Source of the DNA: Eledone cirrhosa
Lineage: Eukaryota
DNA length: 64,000 nucleotides
Assembly (NCBI GenBank): GCA_964016885.1
Contig: OZ024742.1
Location: forward strand, 15,252,001-15,316,000
Direction of reading: 5' to 3'
This document shows, piece by piece, positions 40,701 to 58,700 of this stretch. A model generated the notes under the pieces. That model ran no database searches. It saw nothing but the letters and a program-made list of their open reading frames with translations, and had not been told where the DNA came from. Every line of letters starts with the position of its first letter. The stretch's first letter is position 1. The position numbers and the translations under genes are program-made.

Positions 40701-43700
40701 CAACATAACACCACTACTGCACAAACTTCACAACACAACCCCACTATTGTACAAACTGCACAACACTACTACTGTTCAAACTGCACAACACAACACCACT
40801 ACTGTACAAACTGCACAACACAACACCACTACTGTACAAACTGCACAACACAACACCACTACTGTACGAACTGCACAACACAGCACCACTTCTGTTCAAA
40901 CTGCACAACACAACACCACTACTGTACAAACTGCACAGCACTACTGTACAAACTGCACAGCACTACTGTACAAATTGCACATGACTACTGTACAAACTGC
41001 ACAACCCAACACCACTACTGTACAAACTGCACTGCACAACACAACACCACTACTGTACAAAATGCACAACACAAGACCACTACTGTGAAAACTGTACAAC
41101 ACAACACCACTACTGTGCAAACTGCACACCTCTACTGTGCAAACTGCACAACACAACACCACTACTGTGCAAACTGCAACCACTACTGTGCAAACTGCAC
41201 AACACAATACCACTACTGTGCAAACTGCACACCACTACTGTGCAAACTGCACACCACTACTGTGCAAACTGCACACCACTACTGTGCAAACTGCACACCA
41301 CTACTTTACAAACTGCACAACACAAAAGCACTACTGTACAAACTGCACAACACAACACCACACCTGTGCAAACTGCACACCACTACTGTGCAAACTGCAC
41401 ACCACTACTGTACAAACTGCACACCTCTACAGTGCAAACTGCACAACACAACACCACTACTGTGCAAACTGCACACCACTACTGTACAAACTCCACACCA
41501 CCACTACTAACTCCACAACACAACACCACTACTGTGCAAACTGCACACCACTACTGTGCAAACTGCATACCACTACTTTACAAACTGCACAACACAATAG
41601 CACTACTGTACAAACTGCACACCACTACTGTAGAAACAGCACACCACTACTGTACAAACTGCATAACACAACACCACCACCGTACTAACTGCACAACACA
41701 GCACCTCTACTGTACTAACTGCACAACACAACACCACTACTGTACGAACTGCACACTACTACTGTACAAACTGCACAAACAACACCACTAGTGTACGAAC
41801 TGCACAACACAACACCACTATGGTACAAACTGCACAACACAACACCACTACTGTAAAGACTGCAAACACTACTGTACAAACTGCAAAACACAACACCACT
41901 ACTGTACAAACTGTACTGCACAACACAATGCCACTACTGTACAAACTGCACAATGCAGCACCATTACTGTACAAACTGCTCACGAATACTGTACAAACTG
42001 CACAACACACCACTACTGTACAAACTGCATCACACAACACCACTACTGTACAAACTGCACACCTCTACTGTGCAAAATGCACAACACAACACCACTACTG
42101 TACAAACTGCACAACACAACACCACTACTGTACAAACTGCACACCTCTATTGTGCAAACTGCATCACACAACACCACTACTGTACAAACTGCACACCTCT
42201 ACTGTGCAAACTGCACAACACAACACCACTACTGTACAAACTGCACAACACAATACCACTACTGTGCAAACTGCACACCACTACTGTACAAACTGCACAA
42301 CACAATAGCACTACTGTACAAACTGCACAACACAACACCACTACTGTGCGAACTCCACACCACTACTGTACTAACTGCACAACACAACACCACTACTGTA
42401 CAAACTGCACAACACAATAGCACTACTGAACAAACTGCACACCACTACTGTACAAACTGAACAACACAACACCACTACTGTACAAACTGCACAACACAAC
42501 ACCACTACTGTACAAACTGCACAACACAGCACCACTACTGTACAAGCTGCACAACACAACACCACTACTGTACAAACTGCACAGCATAACACCACTACTG
42601 CACAAACTGCACAACACAATCCCACTACTGTGCAAACTGCACAACACAACACCACTACTGTTCAAACTGCACAACACAACACCACCACCGTACTAACTGC
42701 ATACCACTACTGTACAAACTGCACAACACAACACCACCACCGTACTAACTGCACACCACTACTGTACAAACTGCACAACACAACACCACTACTGTACAAA
42801 CTGCACAACACAACACCACTACTGTACAAACTGCACAACACAACACCACTACTGTACAAACTGCACAACACAGCACCACTTCTGTTCAAACTGCACAACA
42901 CAACACCACTACTGTACAAACTGCACAACACAACTCCACTACTGTACAAACTGTACAAACTGCACAACACAACACCACTACTGTTCAACCTGCACAAAAC
43001 AACACCACTACTGTACTAACTTCACAACGCAACACCACTACCGTACAAACTACACAACACACCACCACCACCGTACTAACTGCACACCACTACTGTACAA
43101 ACTGAACAACACAACACCACTACTGTACAAACTGCACAACACAGCACCAATACTGTACAAACTGCACAACATAAACCACTACTGCACAAAACAACCCCAC
43201 TACTGTACAAACTGCACAACACAACACCACTACTGTACAAACTGCACAACACAACACCACTACTGTACAAACTGCACAACACCACTACTGTATAAACTGC
43301 ACAACACAACACTACTACTGTTCAACCTGCACAACACAACACCTCTACTGTACAAACTGCATAACACAACACCACCACTGTACTAACTTCACAACACAAC
43401 ACCACTACTGTACAAACTGCACAACACAACACCACTACTGTACAAACTGCACAACACAAGACCACTACTGTGAAAACTGCACAACACAACACCACTACTG
43501 TACAAACTGCACAACACAACACCACTACTGTAAAAACTGCACACCTCTACTGTGCAAACTGCATCACACAACACCACTACTGTACAAACTGCACACCTCT
43601 ACTGTGCAAACTGCACAACACAACACCACTACTGTACAAACTGCACAACACAATAGCACTACTGTACAAACTGCACAACACAACACCACTACTGTGCAAA

Positions 43701-46700
43701 CTGCACAACACAATAGCACTACTGTACAAACTGCACAACACAATAGCACTACTGTACAAACTGCACAACACAACACCACTACTGTGCAAACTGCACAACA
43801 CAATAGCACTACTGTACAAACTGCACACCACGACTGTACAAACTGCCCAACACAACACCACTACTGTACAAACTGCACAACACAACACCACTACTGTACA
43901 AACTGCACACCTCTACTGTGCAAACTGCATCACACAACACCACTACTGTACAAACTGCACACCTCTACTGTGCAAACTGCACAACACAACACCACTACTG
44001 TACAAACTGCACAACACAATACCACTACTGTGCAAACTGCACACCACTACTGTACAAACTGCACAACACAATAGCACTACTGTACAAACTGCACAACACA
44101 ACACCACTACTGTGCGAACTCCACACCACTACTGTACTATCTGCACAACACAACACCACTACTGTGCAAACTGCACACCACTTCTGTACTAACTGCACAA
44201 CACACCACCACTACTGTACAAACTGCACAACACAATAGCACTACTGTACAAACTGCACTGCACAACACAACACCACTACTGTACAAAATGCACAACACAA
44301 GACCACTACTGTGAAAACTGTACAACACAACACCACTACTGTGCAAACTGCACACCTCTACTGTGCAAACTGCACAACACAACACCACTACTGTGCAAAC
44401 TGCAACCACTACTGTGCAAACTGCACAACACAATACCACTACTGTGCAAACTGCACACCACTACTGTGCAAACTGCACACCACTACTGTGCAAACTGCAC
44501 ACCACTACTGTGCAAACTGCACACCACTACTTTACAAACTGCACAACACAAAAGCACTACTGTACAAACTGCACAACACAACACCACACCTGTGCAAACT
44601 GCACACCACTACTGTGCAAACTGCACACCACTACTGTACAAACTGCACACCTCTACAGTGCAAACTGCACAACACAACACCACTACTGTGCAAACTGCAC
44701 ACCACTACTGTACAAACTCCACACCACCACTACTAACTCCACAACACAACACCACTACTGTGCAAACTGCACACCACTACTGTGCAAACTGCATACCACT
44801 ACTTTACAAACTGCACAACACAATAGCACTACTGTACAAACTGCACACCACTACTGTACAAACAGCACACCACTACTGTACAAACTGCATAACACAACAC
44901 CACCACCGTACTAACTGCACACCTCTACTGTACAAACTGCACAACACAGCACCTCTACTGTACTAACTGCACAACACAACACCACTACTGTACGAACTGC
45001 ACACTACTACTGTACAAACTGCACAAACAACACCACTAGTGTACGAACTGCACAACACAACACCACTATGGTACAAACTGCACAACACAACACCACTACT
45101 GTAAAGACTGCAAACACTACTGTACAAACTGCAAAACACAACACCACTACTGTACAAACTGTACTGCACAACACAATGCCACTACTGTACAAACTGCACA
45201 ATGCAGCACCATTACTGTACAAACTGCTCACGAATACTGTACAAACTGCACAACACACCACTACTGTACAAACTGCATCACACAACACCACTACTGTACA
45301 AACTGCACACCTCTACTGTGCAAAATGCACAACACAACACCACTACTGTACAAACTGCACAACACAACACCACTACTGTACAAACTGCACACCTCTATTG
45401 TGCAAACTGCATCACACAACACCACTACTGTACAAACTGCACACCTCTACTGTGAAAACTGCACAACACAACACCACTACTGTACAAACTGCACAACACA
45501 ATACCACTACTGTGCAAACTGCACACCACTACTGTACAAACTGCACAACACAATAGCACTACTGTACAAACTGCACAACACAACACCACTACTGTGCGAA
45601 CTCCACACCACTACTGTACTAACTGCACAACACAACACCACTACTGTACAAACTGCACAACACAATAGCACTACTGAACAAACTGCACACCACTACTGTA
45701 CAAACTGAACAACACAACACCACTACTGTACAAACTGCACAACACAACACCACTACTGTACAAACTGCACAACACAGCACCACTACTGTACAAGCTGCAC
45801 AACACAACACCACTACTGTACAAACTGCACAGCATAACACCACTACTGCACAAACTGCACAACACAATCCCACTACTGTGCAAACTGCACAACACAACAC
45901 CACTACTGTTCAAACTGCACAACACAACACCACCACCGTACTAACTGCATACCACTACTGTACAAACTGCACAACACAACACCACCACCGTACTAACTGC
46001 ACACCACTACTGTACAAACTGCACAACACAACACCACTACTGTACAAACTGCACAACACAACACCACTACTGTACAAACTGCACAACACAACACCACTAC
46101 TGTACAAACTGCACAACACAGCACCACTTCTGTTCAAACTGCACAACACAACACCACTACTGTACAAACTGCACAACACAACTCCACTACTGTACAAACT
46201 GTACAAACTGCACAACACAACACCACTACTGTTCAACCTGCACAAAACAACACCACTACTGTACTAACTTCACAACGCAACACCACTACCGTACAAACTA
46301 CACAACACACCACCACCACCGTACTAACTGCACACCACTACTGTACAAACTGAACAACACAACACCACTACTGTACAAACTGCACAACACAGCACCAATA
46401 CTGTACAAACTGCACAACATAAACCACTACTGCACAAAACAACCCCACTACTGTACAAACTGCACAACACAACACCACTACTGTACAAACTGCACAACAC
46501 AACACCACTACTGTACAAACTGCACAACACCACTACTGTATAAACTGCACAACACAACACTACTACTGTTCAACCTGCACAACACAACACCTCTACTGTA
46601 CAAACTGCATAACACAACACCACCACTGTACTAACTTCACAACACAACACCACTACTGTACAAACTGCACAACACAACACCACTACTGTACAAACTGCAC

Positions 46701-49700
46701 AACACAAGACCACTACTGTGAAAACTGCACAACACAACACCACTACTGTACAAACTGCACAACACAACACCACTACTGTAAAAACTGCACACCTCTACTG
46801 TGCAAACTGCATCACACAACACCACTACTGTACAAACTGCACACCTCTACTGTGCAAACTGCACAACACAACACCACTACTGTACAAACTGCACAACACA
46901 ATAGCACTACTGTACAAACTGCACAACACAACACCACTACTGTGCAAACTGCACAACACAATAGCACTACTGTACAAACTGCACAACACAATAGCACTAC
47001 TGTACAAACTGCACAACACAACACCACTACTGTGCAAACTGCACAACACAATAGCACTACTGTACAAACTGCACACCACGACTGTACAAACTGCCCAACA
47101 CAACACCACTACTGTACAAACTGCACAACACAACACCACTACTGTACAAACTGCACACCTCTACTGTGCAAACTGCATCACACAACACCACTACTGTACA
47201 AACTGCACACCTCTACTGTGCAAACTGCACAACACAACACCACTACTGTACAAACTGCACAACACAATACCACTACTGTGCAAACTGCACACCACTACTG
47301 TACAAACTGCACAACACAATAGCACTACTGTACAAACTGCACAACACAACACCACTACTGTGCGAACTCCACACCACTACTGTACTAACTGCACAACACA
47401 ACACCACTACTGTGCAAACTGCACACCACTTCTGTACTAACTGCACAACACACCACCACTACTGTACAAACTGCACAACACAATAGCACTACTGTACAAA
47501 CTGCACACCACTACTGTACTAACTGCACAACACACCACCACTACTGTACAAACTGCACAACACAACACCACTACTGTACAAACTGCACAACACAGAACCA
47601 CTACTGTACAAACTGCACAACACAACACCACTACTGTACAAACTGCACAACATAACACCACTACTGCACAACACAACCCCACTACTGTACAAACTGCACA
47701 ACACAACACCACTACTGTTCAAACTGCACAACACAACACCACCACCGTACTAACTGCACACCACTACTGTACAAACTGCACAACACAACACCACCACCGT
47801 ACTAACTGCACACCACTACTGTACAAACTGCACAACACAACACCACTACTGTACAAACTGCACAACACAAAACCACTACTGTACAAACTGCACAACACAA
47901 CACCACTACTGTACAAACTGCACAACACAACACCACTACCGTACAAACTACACAACACACCACCACCACCGTACTAACTGCACACCACTACTGTACAAAC
48001 TGCACAACACAACACTACTACTGTTCAACCTGCACAAAACAACACCACTACTGCACAAACTGCATAACACAACACCACCACCGTACTAACTTCACAACAC
48101 AACACCACTACCGTACAAACTACACAACACACCACCACCACCGTACTAACTGCACACCACTACTGTACAAACTGAACAACACAACACCACTACTGTACGA
48201 ACTGCACAACACAACACAACTACTGTACGAACTGCACAACACAGCACCACTTCTGTTCAAACTGCACAACACCACTACTGTACAAACTGCACAACACAAC
48301 ACAACTACTGTACGAACTGCACAACACAGCACCACTTCTGTTCAAACTGCACAACACCACTACTGTACAAACTGCACAACACAACACAACTACTGTACGA
48401 ACTGCACAACACAACACCACTACTGTACAAACTGCACAACACAACACCACTACTGTACGAACTGCACAACACAGCACCACTTCTGTTCAAACTGCACAAC
48501 ACAACACCACTACTGTACAAACTGCACAACACAACACTACTCCTGTACAAACTGCACAACACAACACCACTACTGTACAAACTGCACAACACAACACCAC
48601 TACTGTACAAACTGCACAACACCACTTCTGTTCAAACTGCACAACACAACACCACTACTGTACAAACTGCACAACACAACACCACTACTGTACAAACTGC
48701 ACAACACAACACCACTACTGTACAAACTGCACAACACAACACCACTACTGTACAGACTGCACAGCACTACTGTACAAACTGCACACAACTACTGTACGAA
48801 CTGCACAACACAACACCACTACTGTACAAATTGCACTGCACAACACCACTACTGTACAAACTGCACAATGCAGCACCACTACTGTACAAACTAAACATGA
48901 CTACTGTACAAACTGCACAACACAACACTACTGTACAAACTGTACAACACAACACCACTACTGTACAAACTGTACACCTCTACTGTGCAAACTGCACAAC
49001 ACAACACCACTACTGTGCAAACTGCACACCTCTACTGTGCAAACTGCACAACACAATACCACTACTGTGAAAACTGCACACCACTACTGTACAAACTGCA
49101 CAACACAATAGCACTACTGTACAAACTGCACAACACCACTACTGTGCAAACTGCACACCACTACTGCACAAACTGCACAACACAGAACCACTACTGTACA
49201 ACCTGCACAACACAACACCACTTCTGTACAACCTGCACAACACAACACCACTATTGTTCAACCTGCACAACACAACACCACTACTGTTCAACCTGCACAA
49301 CACAACACCACTACTGTACAACCTGCACAACACAACACCACTACTGTACAACCTGCACAACACAACACCACTATTGTTCAACCTGCACAACACAACACCA
49401 CTACTGTACAAACTGCACAACACAACAGCACTACTGTACAAACTGCACAAGACAACACCACTACTGTACAAACTGCTCACCACTACTGTGCAAACTGCAT
49501 AACACAGCACCTCTACTGTACTAACTGCACAACACAACACCACTAATGTACAAAGTGCACACAACCACTGTACAAACTGCATAACACAACACCACTAGTG
49601 TACAAACTGCACAACACAACACCACGACTGTACAAACTGCACAACATAACACCACTACTGTAAAGATTGCACAGCACTATTGTACAATCTGCAAAACACA

Positions 49701-52700
49701 ACACCACTACTGTACAAACTGCACACTACTACTGTACAAACTACACGCGACTACTGTACAACCTGCACAACACAACACCACTACTGTACAAACTGCACAA
49801 CACAATACCACTACTGTACAAACTGTACAACACAACACGACTACTGTACAAACTGCACAACACAACACCATTACTGTACAAACTGCACAACACAACACCA
49901 CTACACCACTACTGTACAAACTGCACTGCACAACACAACACCACTAGTGTATAAACTGCACAATGCAGCACCACTACTGTACAAACTGCACAACACAACA
50001 CCACTACTGTACAAACTGCACAACACAACACCACTACTGCGCAAACTGCACACCACTACTGTACAAACTGCACAACACAACACCACTACTGTACAAACTG
50101 CACAACACAACACCACTACTGTAAAAACTGCACACCTCTACTGTGCAAACTGCATCACACAACACCACTACTGTACAAACTGCACACCTCTACTGTGCAA
50201 ACTGCACAACACAACACCACTACTGTACAAACTGCACAACACAATAGCACTACTGTACAAACTGCACAACACAACACCACTACTGTGCAAACTGCACAAC
50301 ACAATAGCACTACTGTACAAACTGCACAACACAACACCACTACTGTACAAACTGCACAACACAACACCACTACTGTACGAACTGCACAACACAGCACCAC
50401 TTCTGTTCAAACTGCACAACACAACACCACTACTGTACAAACTGCACAGCACTACTGTACAAACTGCACAGCACTACTGTACAAATTGCACATGACTACT
50501 GTACAAACTGCACAACCCAACACCACTACTGTACAAACTGCACTGCACAACACAACACCACTACTGTACAAAATGCACAACACAAGACCACTACTGTGAA
50601 AACTGTACAACACAACACCACTACTGTGCAAACTGCACACCTCTACTGTGCAAACTGCACAACACAACACCACTACTGTGCAAACTGCAACCACTACTGT
50701 GCAAACTGCACAACACAATACCACTACTGTGCAAACTGCACACCACTACTGTGCAAACTGCACACCACTACTGTGCAAACTGCACACCACTACTGTGCAA
50801 ACTGCACACCACTACTTTACAAACTGCACAACACAAAAGCACTACTGTACAAACTGCACAACACAACACCACACCTGTGCAAACTGCACACCACTACTGT
50901 GCAAACTGCACACCACTACTGGACAAACTGCACACCTCTACAGTGCAAACTGCACAACACAACACCACTACTGTGCAAACTGCACACCACTACTGTACAA
51001 ACTCCACACCTCTACAGTGCAAACTGCACAACACAACACCTCTACTGTGCAAACTGCACAACACAACACCACTACTGTGCAAACTGCAACCACTACTGTG
51101 CAAACTGCACAACACAACACCACTACTGCGCAAACTGCACACCACTACTGTACAAACTGCACAACACAACACCACTACTGTACAAACTGCACAACACAAC
51201 ACCACTACTGTAAAAACTGCACACCTCTACTGTGCAAACTGCATCACACAACACCACTACTGTACAAACTGCACACCTCTACTGTGCAAACTGCACAACA
51301 CAACACCACTACTGTACAAACTGCACAACACAATACCACTACTGTGCAAACTGCACACCACTACTGTACAAACTGCACAACACAATAGCACTACTGTACA
51401 AACTGCACAACACAACACCACTACTGTGCGAACTCCACACCACTACTGTACTAACTGCACAACACAACACCACTACTGTGCAAACTGCACACCACTTCTG
51501 TACTAACTGCACAACACACCACCACTACTGTACAAACTGCACAACACAATAGCACTACTGTACAAACTGCACACCACTACTGTACTAACTGCACAACACA
51601 CCACCACTACTGTACAAACTGCACAACACAACACCACTACTGTACAAACTGCACAACACAGAACCACTACTGTACAAACTGCACAACACAACACCACTAC
51701 TGTACAAACTGCACAACATAACACCACTACTGCACAACACAACCCCACTACTGTACAAACTGCACAACACAACACCACTACTGTTCAAACTGCACAACAC
51801 AACACCACCACCGTACTAACTGCACACCACTACTGTACAAACTGCACAACACAACACCACCACCGTACTAACTGCACACCACTACTGTACAAACTGCACA
51901 ACACAACACCACTACTGTACAAACTGCACAACACAAAACCACTACTGTACAAACTGCACAACACAACACCACTACTGTACAAACTGCACAACACAACACC
52001 ACTACCGTACAAACTACACAACACACCACCACCACCGTACTAACTGCACACCACTACTGTACAAACTGCACAACACAACACTACTACTGTTCAACCTGCA
52101 CAAAACAACACCACTACTGCACAAACTGCATAACACAACACCACCACCGTACTAACTTCACAACACCACTACCGTACAAACTACACAACACACCACCACC
52201 ACCGTACTAACTGCACACCACTACTGTACAAACTGAACAACACAACACCACTACTGTACGAACTGCACAACACAACACAACTACTGTACGAACTGCACAA
52301 CACAGCACCACTTCTGTTCAAACTGCACAACACCACTACTGTACAAACTGCACAACACAACACAACTACTGTACGAACTGCACAACACAGCACCACTTCT
52401 GTTCAAACTGCACAACACCACTACTGTACAAACTGCACAACACAACACAACTACTGTACGAACTGCACAACACAACACCACTACTGTACAAACTGCACAA
52501 CACAACACCACTACTGTACGAACTGCACAACACAGCACCACTTCTGTTCAAACTGCACAACACAACACCACTACTGTACAAACTGCACAACACAACACTA
52601 CTCCTGTACAAACTGCACAACACAACACCACTACTGTACAAACTGCACAACACAACACCACTACTGTACAAACTGCACAACACAACACCACTTCTGTTCA

Positions 52701-55700
52701 AACTGCACAACACAACACCACTACTGTACAAACTGCACAACACAACACCACTACTGTACAAACTGCACAACACAACACCACTACTGTACAAACTGCACAA
52801 CACAACACCACTACTGTACAGACTGCACAGCACTACTGTACAAACTGCACACAACTACTGTACGAACTGCACAACACAACACCACTACTGTACAAATTGC
52901 ACTGCACAACACCACTACTGTACAAACTGCACAATGCAGCACCACTACTGTACAAACTAAACATGACTACTGTACAAACTGCACAACACAACACTACTGT
53001 ACAAACTGTACAACACAACACCACTACTGTACAAACTGTACACCTCTACTGTGCAAACTGCACAACACAACACCACTACTGTGCAAACTGCACACCTCTA
53101 CTGTGCAAACTGCACAACACAATACCACTACTGTGAAAACTGCACACCACTACTGTACAAACTGCACAACACAATAGCACTACTGTACAAACTGCACAAC
53201 ACCACTACTGTGCAAACTGCACACCACTACTGCTCAAACTGCACAACACAGAACCACTACTGTACAACCTGCACAACACAACACCACTTCTGTACAACCT
53301 GCACAACACAACACCACTATTGTTCAACCTGCACAACACAACACCACTACTGTTCAACCTGCACAACACAACACCACTACTGTACAACCTGCACAACACA
53401 ACACCACTACTGTACAACCTGCACAACACAACACCACTATTGTTCAACCTGCACAACACAACACCACTACTGTACAAACTGCACAACACAACAGCACTAC
53501 TGTACAAACTGCACAAGACAACACCACTACTGTACAAACTGCTCACCACTACTGTGCAAACTGCATAACACAGCACCTCTACTGTACTAACTGCACAACA
53601 CAACACCACTAATGTACAAAGTGCACACAACCACTGTACAAACTGCATAACACAACACCACTAGTGTACAAACTGCACAACACAACACCACGACTGTACA
53701 AACTGCACAACATAACACCACTACTGTAAAGATTGCACAGCACTATTGTACAATCTGCAAAACACAACACCACTACTGTACAAACTGCACACTACTACTG
53801 TACAAACTACACGCGACTACTGTACAACCTGCACAACACAACACCACTACTGTACAAACTGCACAACACAATACCACTACTGTACAAACTGTACAACACA
53901 ACACGACTACTGTACAAACTGCACAACACAACACCATTACTGTACAAACTGCACAACACAACACCACTACACCACTACTGTACAAACTGCACTGCACAAC
54001 ACAACACCACTAGTGTATAAACTGCACAATGCAGCACCACTACTGTACAAACTGCACAACACAACACCACTACTGTACAAACTGCACAACACAACACCAC
54101 TACTGCGCAAACTGCACACCACTACTGTACAAACTGCACAACACAACACCACTACTGTACAAACTGCACAACACAACACCACTACTGTAAAAACTGCACA
54201 CCTCTACTGTGCAAACTGCATCACACAACACCACTACTGTACAAACTGCACACCTCTACTGTGCAAACTGCACAACACAACACCACTACTGTACAAACTG
54301 CACAACACAATAGCACTACTGTACAAACTGCACAACACAACACCACTACTGTGCAAACTGCACAACACAATAGCACTACTGTACAAACTGCACAACACAA
54401 TAGCACTACTGTACAAACTGCACAACACAACACCACTACTGTGCAAACTGCACAACACAATAGCACTACTGTACAAACTGCACACCACGACTGTACAAAC
54501 TGCCCAACACAACACCACTACTGTACAAACTGCACAACACAACACCACTACTGTACAAACTGCACACCTCTACTGTGCAAACTGCATCACACAACACCAC
54601 TACTGTACAAACTGCACACCTCTACTGTGCAAACTGCACAACACAACACCACTACTGTACAAACTGCACAACACAATACCACTACTGTGCAAACTGCACA
54701 CCACTACTGTACAAACTGCACAACACAATAGCACTACTGTACAAACTGCACAACACAACACCACTACTGTGCGAACTCCACACCACTACTGTACTAACTG
54801 CACAACACAACACCACTACTGTGCAAACTGCACACCACTTCTGTACTAACTGCACAACACACCACCACTACTGTACAAACTGCACAACACAATAGCACTA
54901 CTGTACAAACTGCACACCACTACTGTACTAACTGCACAACACACCACCACTACTGTACAAACTGCACAACACAACACCACTACTGTACAAACTGCACAAC
55001 ACAGAACCACTACTGTACAAACTGCACAACACAACACCACTACTGTACAAACTGCACAACATAACACCACTACTGCACAACACAACCCCACTACTGTACA
55101 AACTGCACAACACAACACCACTACTGTTCAAACTGCACAACACAACACCACCACCGTACTAACTGCACACCACTACTGTACAAACTGCACAACACAACAC
55201 CACCACCGTACTAACTGCACACCACTACTGTACAAACTGCACAACACAACACCACTACTGTACAAACTGCACAACACAAAACCACTACTGTACAAACTGC
55301 ACAACACAACACCACTACTGTACAAACTGCACAACACAACACCACTACCGTACAAACTACACAACACACCACCACCACCGTACTAACTGCACACCACTAC
55401 TGTACAAACTGCACAACACAACACTACTACTGTTCAACCTGCACAAAACAACACCACTACTGCACAAACTGCATAACACAACACCACCACCGTACTAACT
55501 TCACAACACAACACCACTACCGTACAAACTACACAACACACCACCACCACCGTACTAACTGCACACCACTACTGTACAAACTGAACAACACAACACCACT
55601 ACTGTACGAACTGCACAACACAACACAACTACTGTACGAACTGCACAACACAGCACCACTTCTGTTCAAACTGCACAACACCACTACTGTACAAACTGCA

Positions 55701-58700
55701 CAACACAACACAACTACTGTACGAACTGCACAACACAGCACCACTTCTGTTCAAACTGCACAACACCACTACTGTACAAACTGCACAACACAACACAACT
55801 ACTGTACGAACTGCACAACACAACACCACTACTGTACAAACTGCACAACACAACACCACTACTGTACGAACTGCACAACACAGCACCACTTCTGTTCAAA
55901 CTGCACAACACAACACCACTACTGTACAAACTGCACAACACAACACTACTCCTGTACAAACTGCACAACACAACACCACTACTGTACAAACTGCACAACA
56001 CAACACCACTACTGTACAAACTGCACAACACAACACCACTTCTGTTCAAACTGCACAACACAACACCACTACTGTACAAACTGCACAACACAACACCACT
56101 ACTGTACAAACTGCACAACACAACACCACTACTGTACAAACTGCACAACACAACACCACTACTGTACAGACTGCACAGCACTACTGTACAAACTGCACAC
56201 AACTACTGTACGAACTGCACAACACAACACCACTACTGTACAAATTGCACTGCACAACACCACTACTGTACAAACTGCACAATGCAGCACCACTACTGTA
56301 CAAACTAAACATGACTACTGTACAAACTGCACAACACAACACTACTGTACAAACTGTACAACACAACACCACTACTGTACAAACTGTACACCTCTACTGT
56401 GCAAACTGCACAACACAACACCACTACTGTGCAAACTGCACACCTCTACTGTGCAAACTGCACAACACAATACCACTACTGTGAAAACTGCACACCACTA
56501 CTGTACAAACTGCACAACACAATAGCACTACTGTACAAACTGCACAACACCACTACTGTGCAAACTGCACACCACTACTGTACAAACTGCACAACACAGA
56601 ACCACTACTGTACAACCTGCACAACACAACACCACTTCTGTACAACCTGCACAACACAACACCACTATTGTTCAACCTGCACAACACAACACCACTACTG
56701 TTCAACCTGCACAACACAACACCACTACTGTACAACCTGCACAACACAACACCACTATTGTTCAACCTGCACAACACAACACCACTACTGTACAAACTGC
56801 ACAACACAACAGCACTACTGTACAAACTGCACAAGACAACACCACTACTGTACAAACTGCTCACCACTACTGTGCAAACTGCATAACACAGCACCTCTAC
56901 TGTACTAACTGCACAACACAACACCACTAATGTACAAAGTGCACACAACCACTGTACAAACTGCATAACACAACACCACTAGTGTACAAACTGCACAACA
57001 CAACACCACGACTGTACAAACTGCACAACATAACACCACTACTGTAAAGATTGCACAGCACTATTGTACAATCTGCAAAACACAACACCACTACTGTACA
57101 AACTGCACACTACTACTGTACAAACTACACGCGACTACTGTACAACCTGCACAACACAACACCACTACTGTACAAACTGCACAACACAATACCACTACTG
57201 TACAAACTGTACAACACAACACGACTACTGTACAAACTGCACAACACAACACCATTACTGTACAAACTGCACAACACAACACCACTACACCACTACTGTA
57301 CAAACTGCACTGCACAACACAACACCACTAGTGTATAAACTGCACAATGCAGCACCACTACTGTACAAACTGCACAACACAACACAACACAACACCACTA
57401 CTGTACAAACTGCACAACACAACACCACTACTGCGCAAACTGCACACCACTACTGTACAAACTGCACAACACAACACCACTACTGTACAAACTGCACAAT
57501 ACAACACCACTACTGTACAACCTGCACAAATCAACACCACGACTGTAGAAACTGCACAACACAACACCACTACTATACAAACTGCACAAGACAACACCAC
57601 TACTGTACAAACTGCACAATGCAGCACCACTACTGTACAAACTGCACACTACTACTGTACAAACTACACGCGACTACTGTACAAACTGCACAACACAAAA
57701 CCACTAGTGTACAAACTACACAACACAAGAACACTACTGTGAAAACTGCACAACACAACACCACTACTGTGAAAACTGCACAACACAACACCACTACTGT
57801 ACAAACTGCACAACACAAGACCACTACTGTGAAAACTGCACAACACAACACCATTACTGTACAAACTGCACAACACAAGACCACTACTGTACAAACTGCA
57901 CAACACAACACTACTACTGTACAAACTGCACTACACACCATGACTACTGTACAAACTGCACAACACACCACGACTACTGTACAAACTGCACAACACAACA
58001 CCACTACACCACTACTGTACAAACTGCACTGCACAACACACCACTACTATACAAACTGCACAACACAACACCACTACTGTATAAACTGCACAATGCAGCA
58101 CCACTACTGTACACACTGCACACGGATACTGTACAAACTGCACAACACAACACCACTACTGTGCAAACTTCAAAACACAACACCACTATTGTGCAAACTG
58201 CACACCACTACTGTACAAACTGCACAACACGACACCACTACTGTACAAACTGCACAACGCATAACCACTACTGTACAAACTGCACAACACAACACCACTA
58301 CTGTACAAACTGCACAACACATAACCACTACTGTACACACTTCAAAACACAACACCACTACTGTGCAAACTGCACACCACTACTGAACAAACTGCATACC
58401 ACTACTGTACAAACTGCACAACACAACACCACTACTGTACAAACTGCCCAACACTACTGTACAAACTGCACTGCACAACACAACACCACTACTGTACAAA
58501 CTGCACAATGCAGCACCACTACTGTACTAACTGCACAATACAACACCACTACTGTACAAACTGCACTGCACAACACAACACCACTACTGTACAAACTGCA
58601 CAACACAACACCACTGCTGTACAAACTGCACAACGCAACACCAATACTGTCACAACTGCACAACACAACACCACTACTGTACAAACTGCACAACACAACA

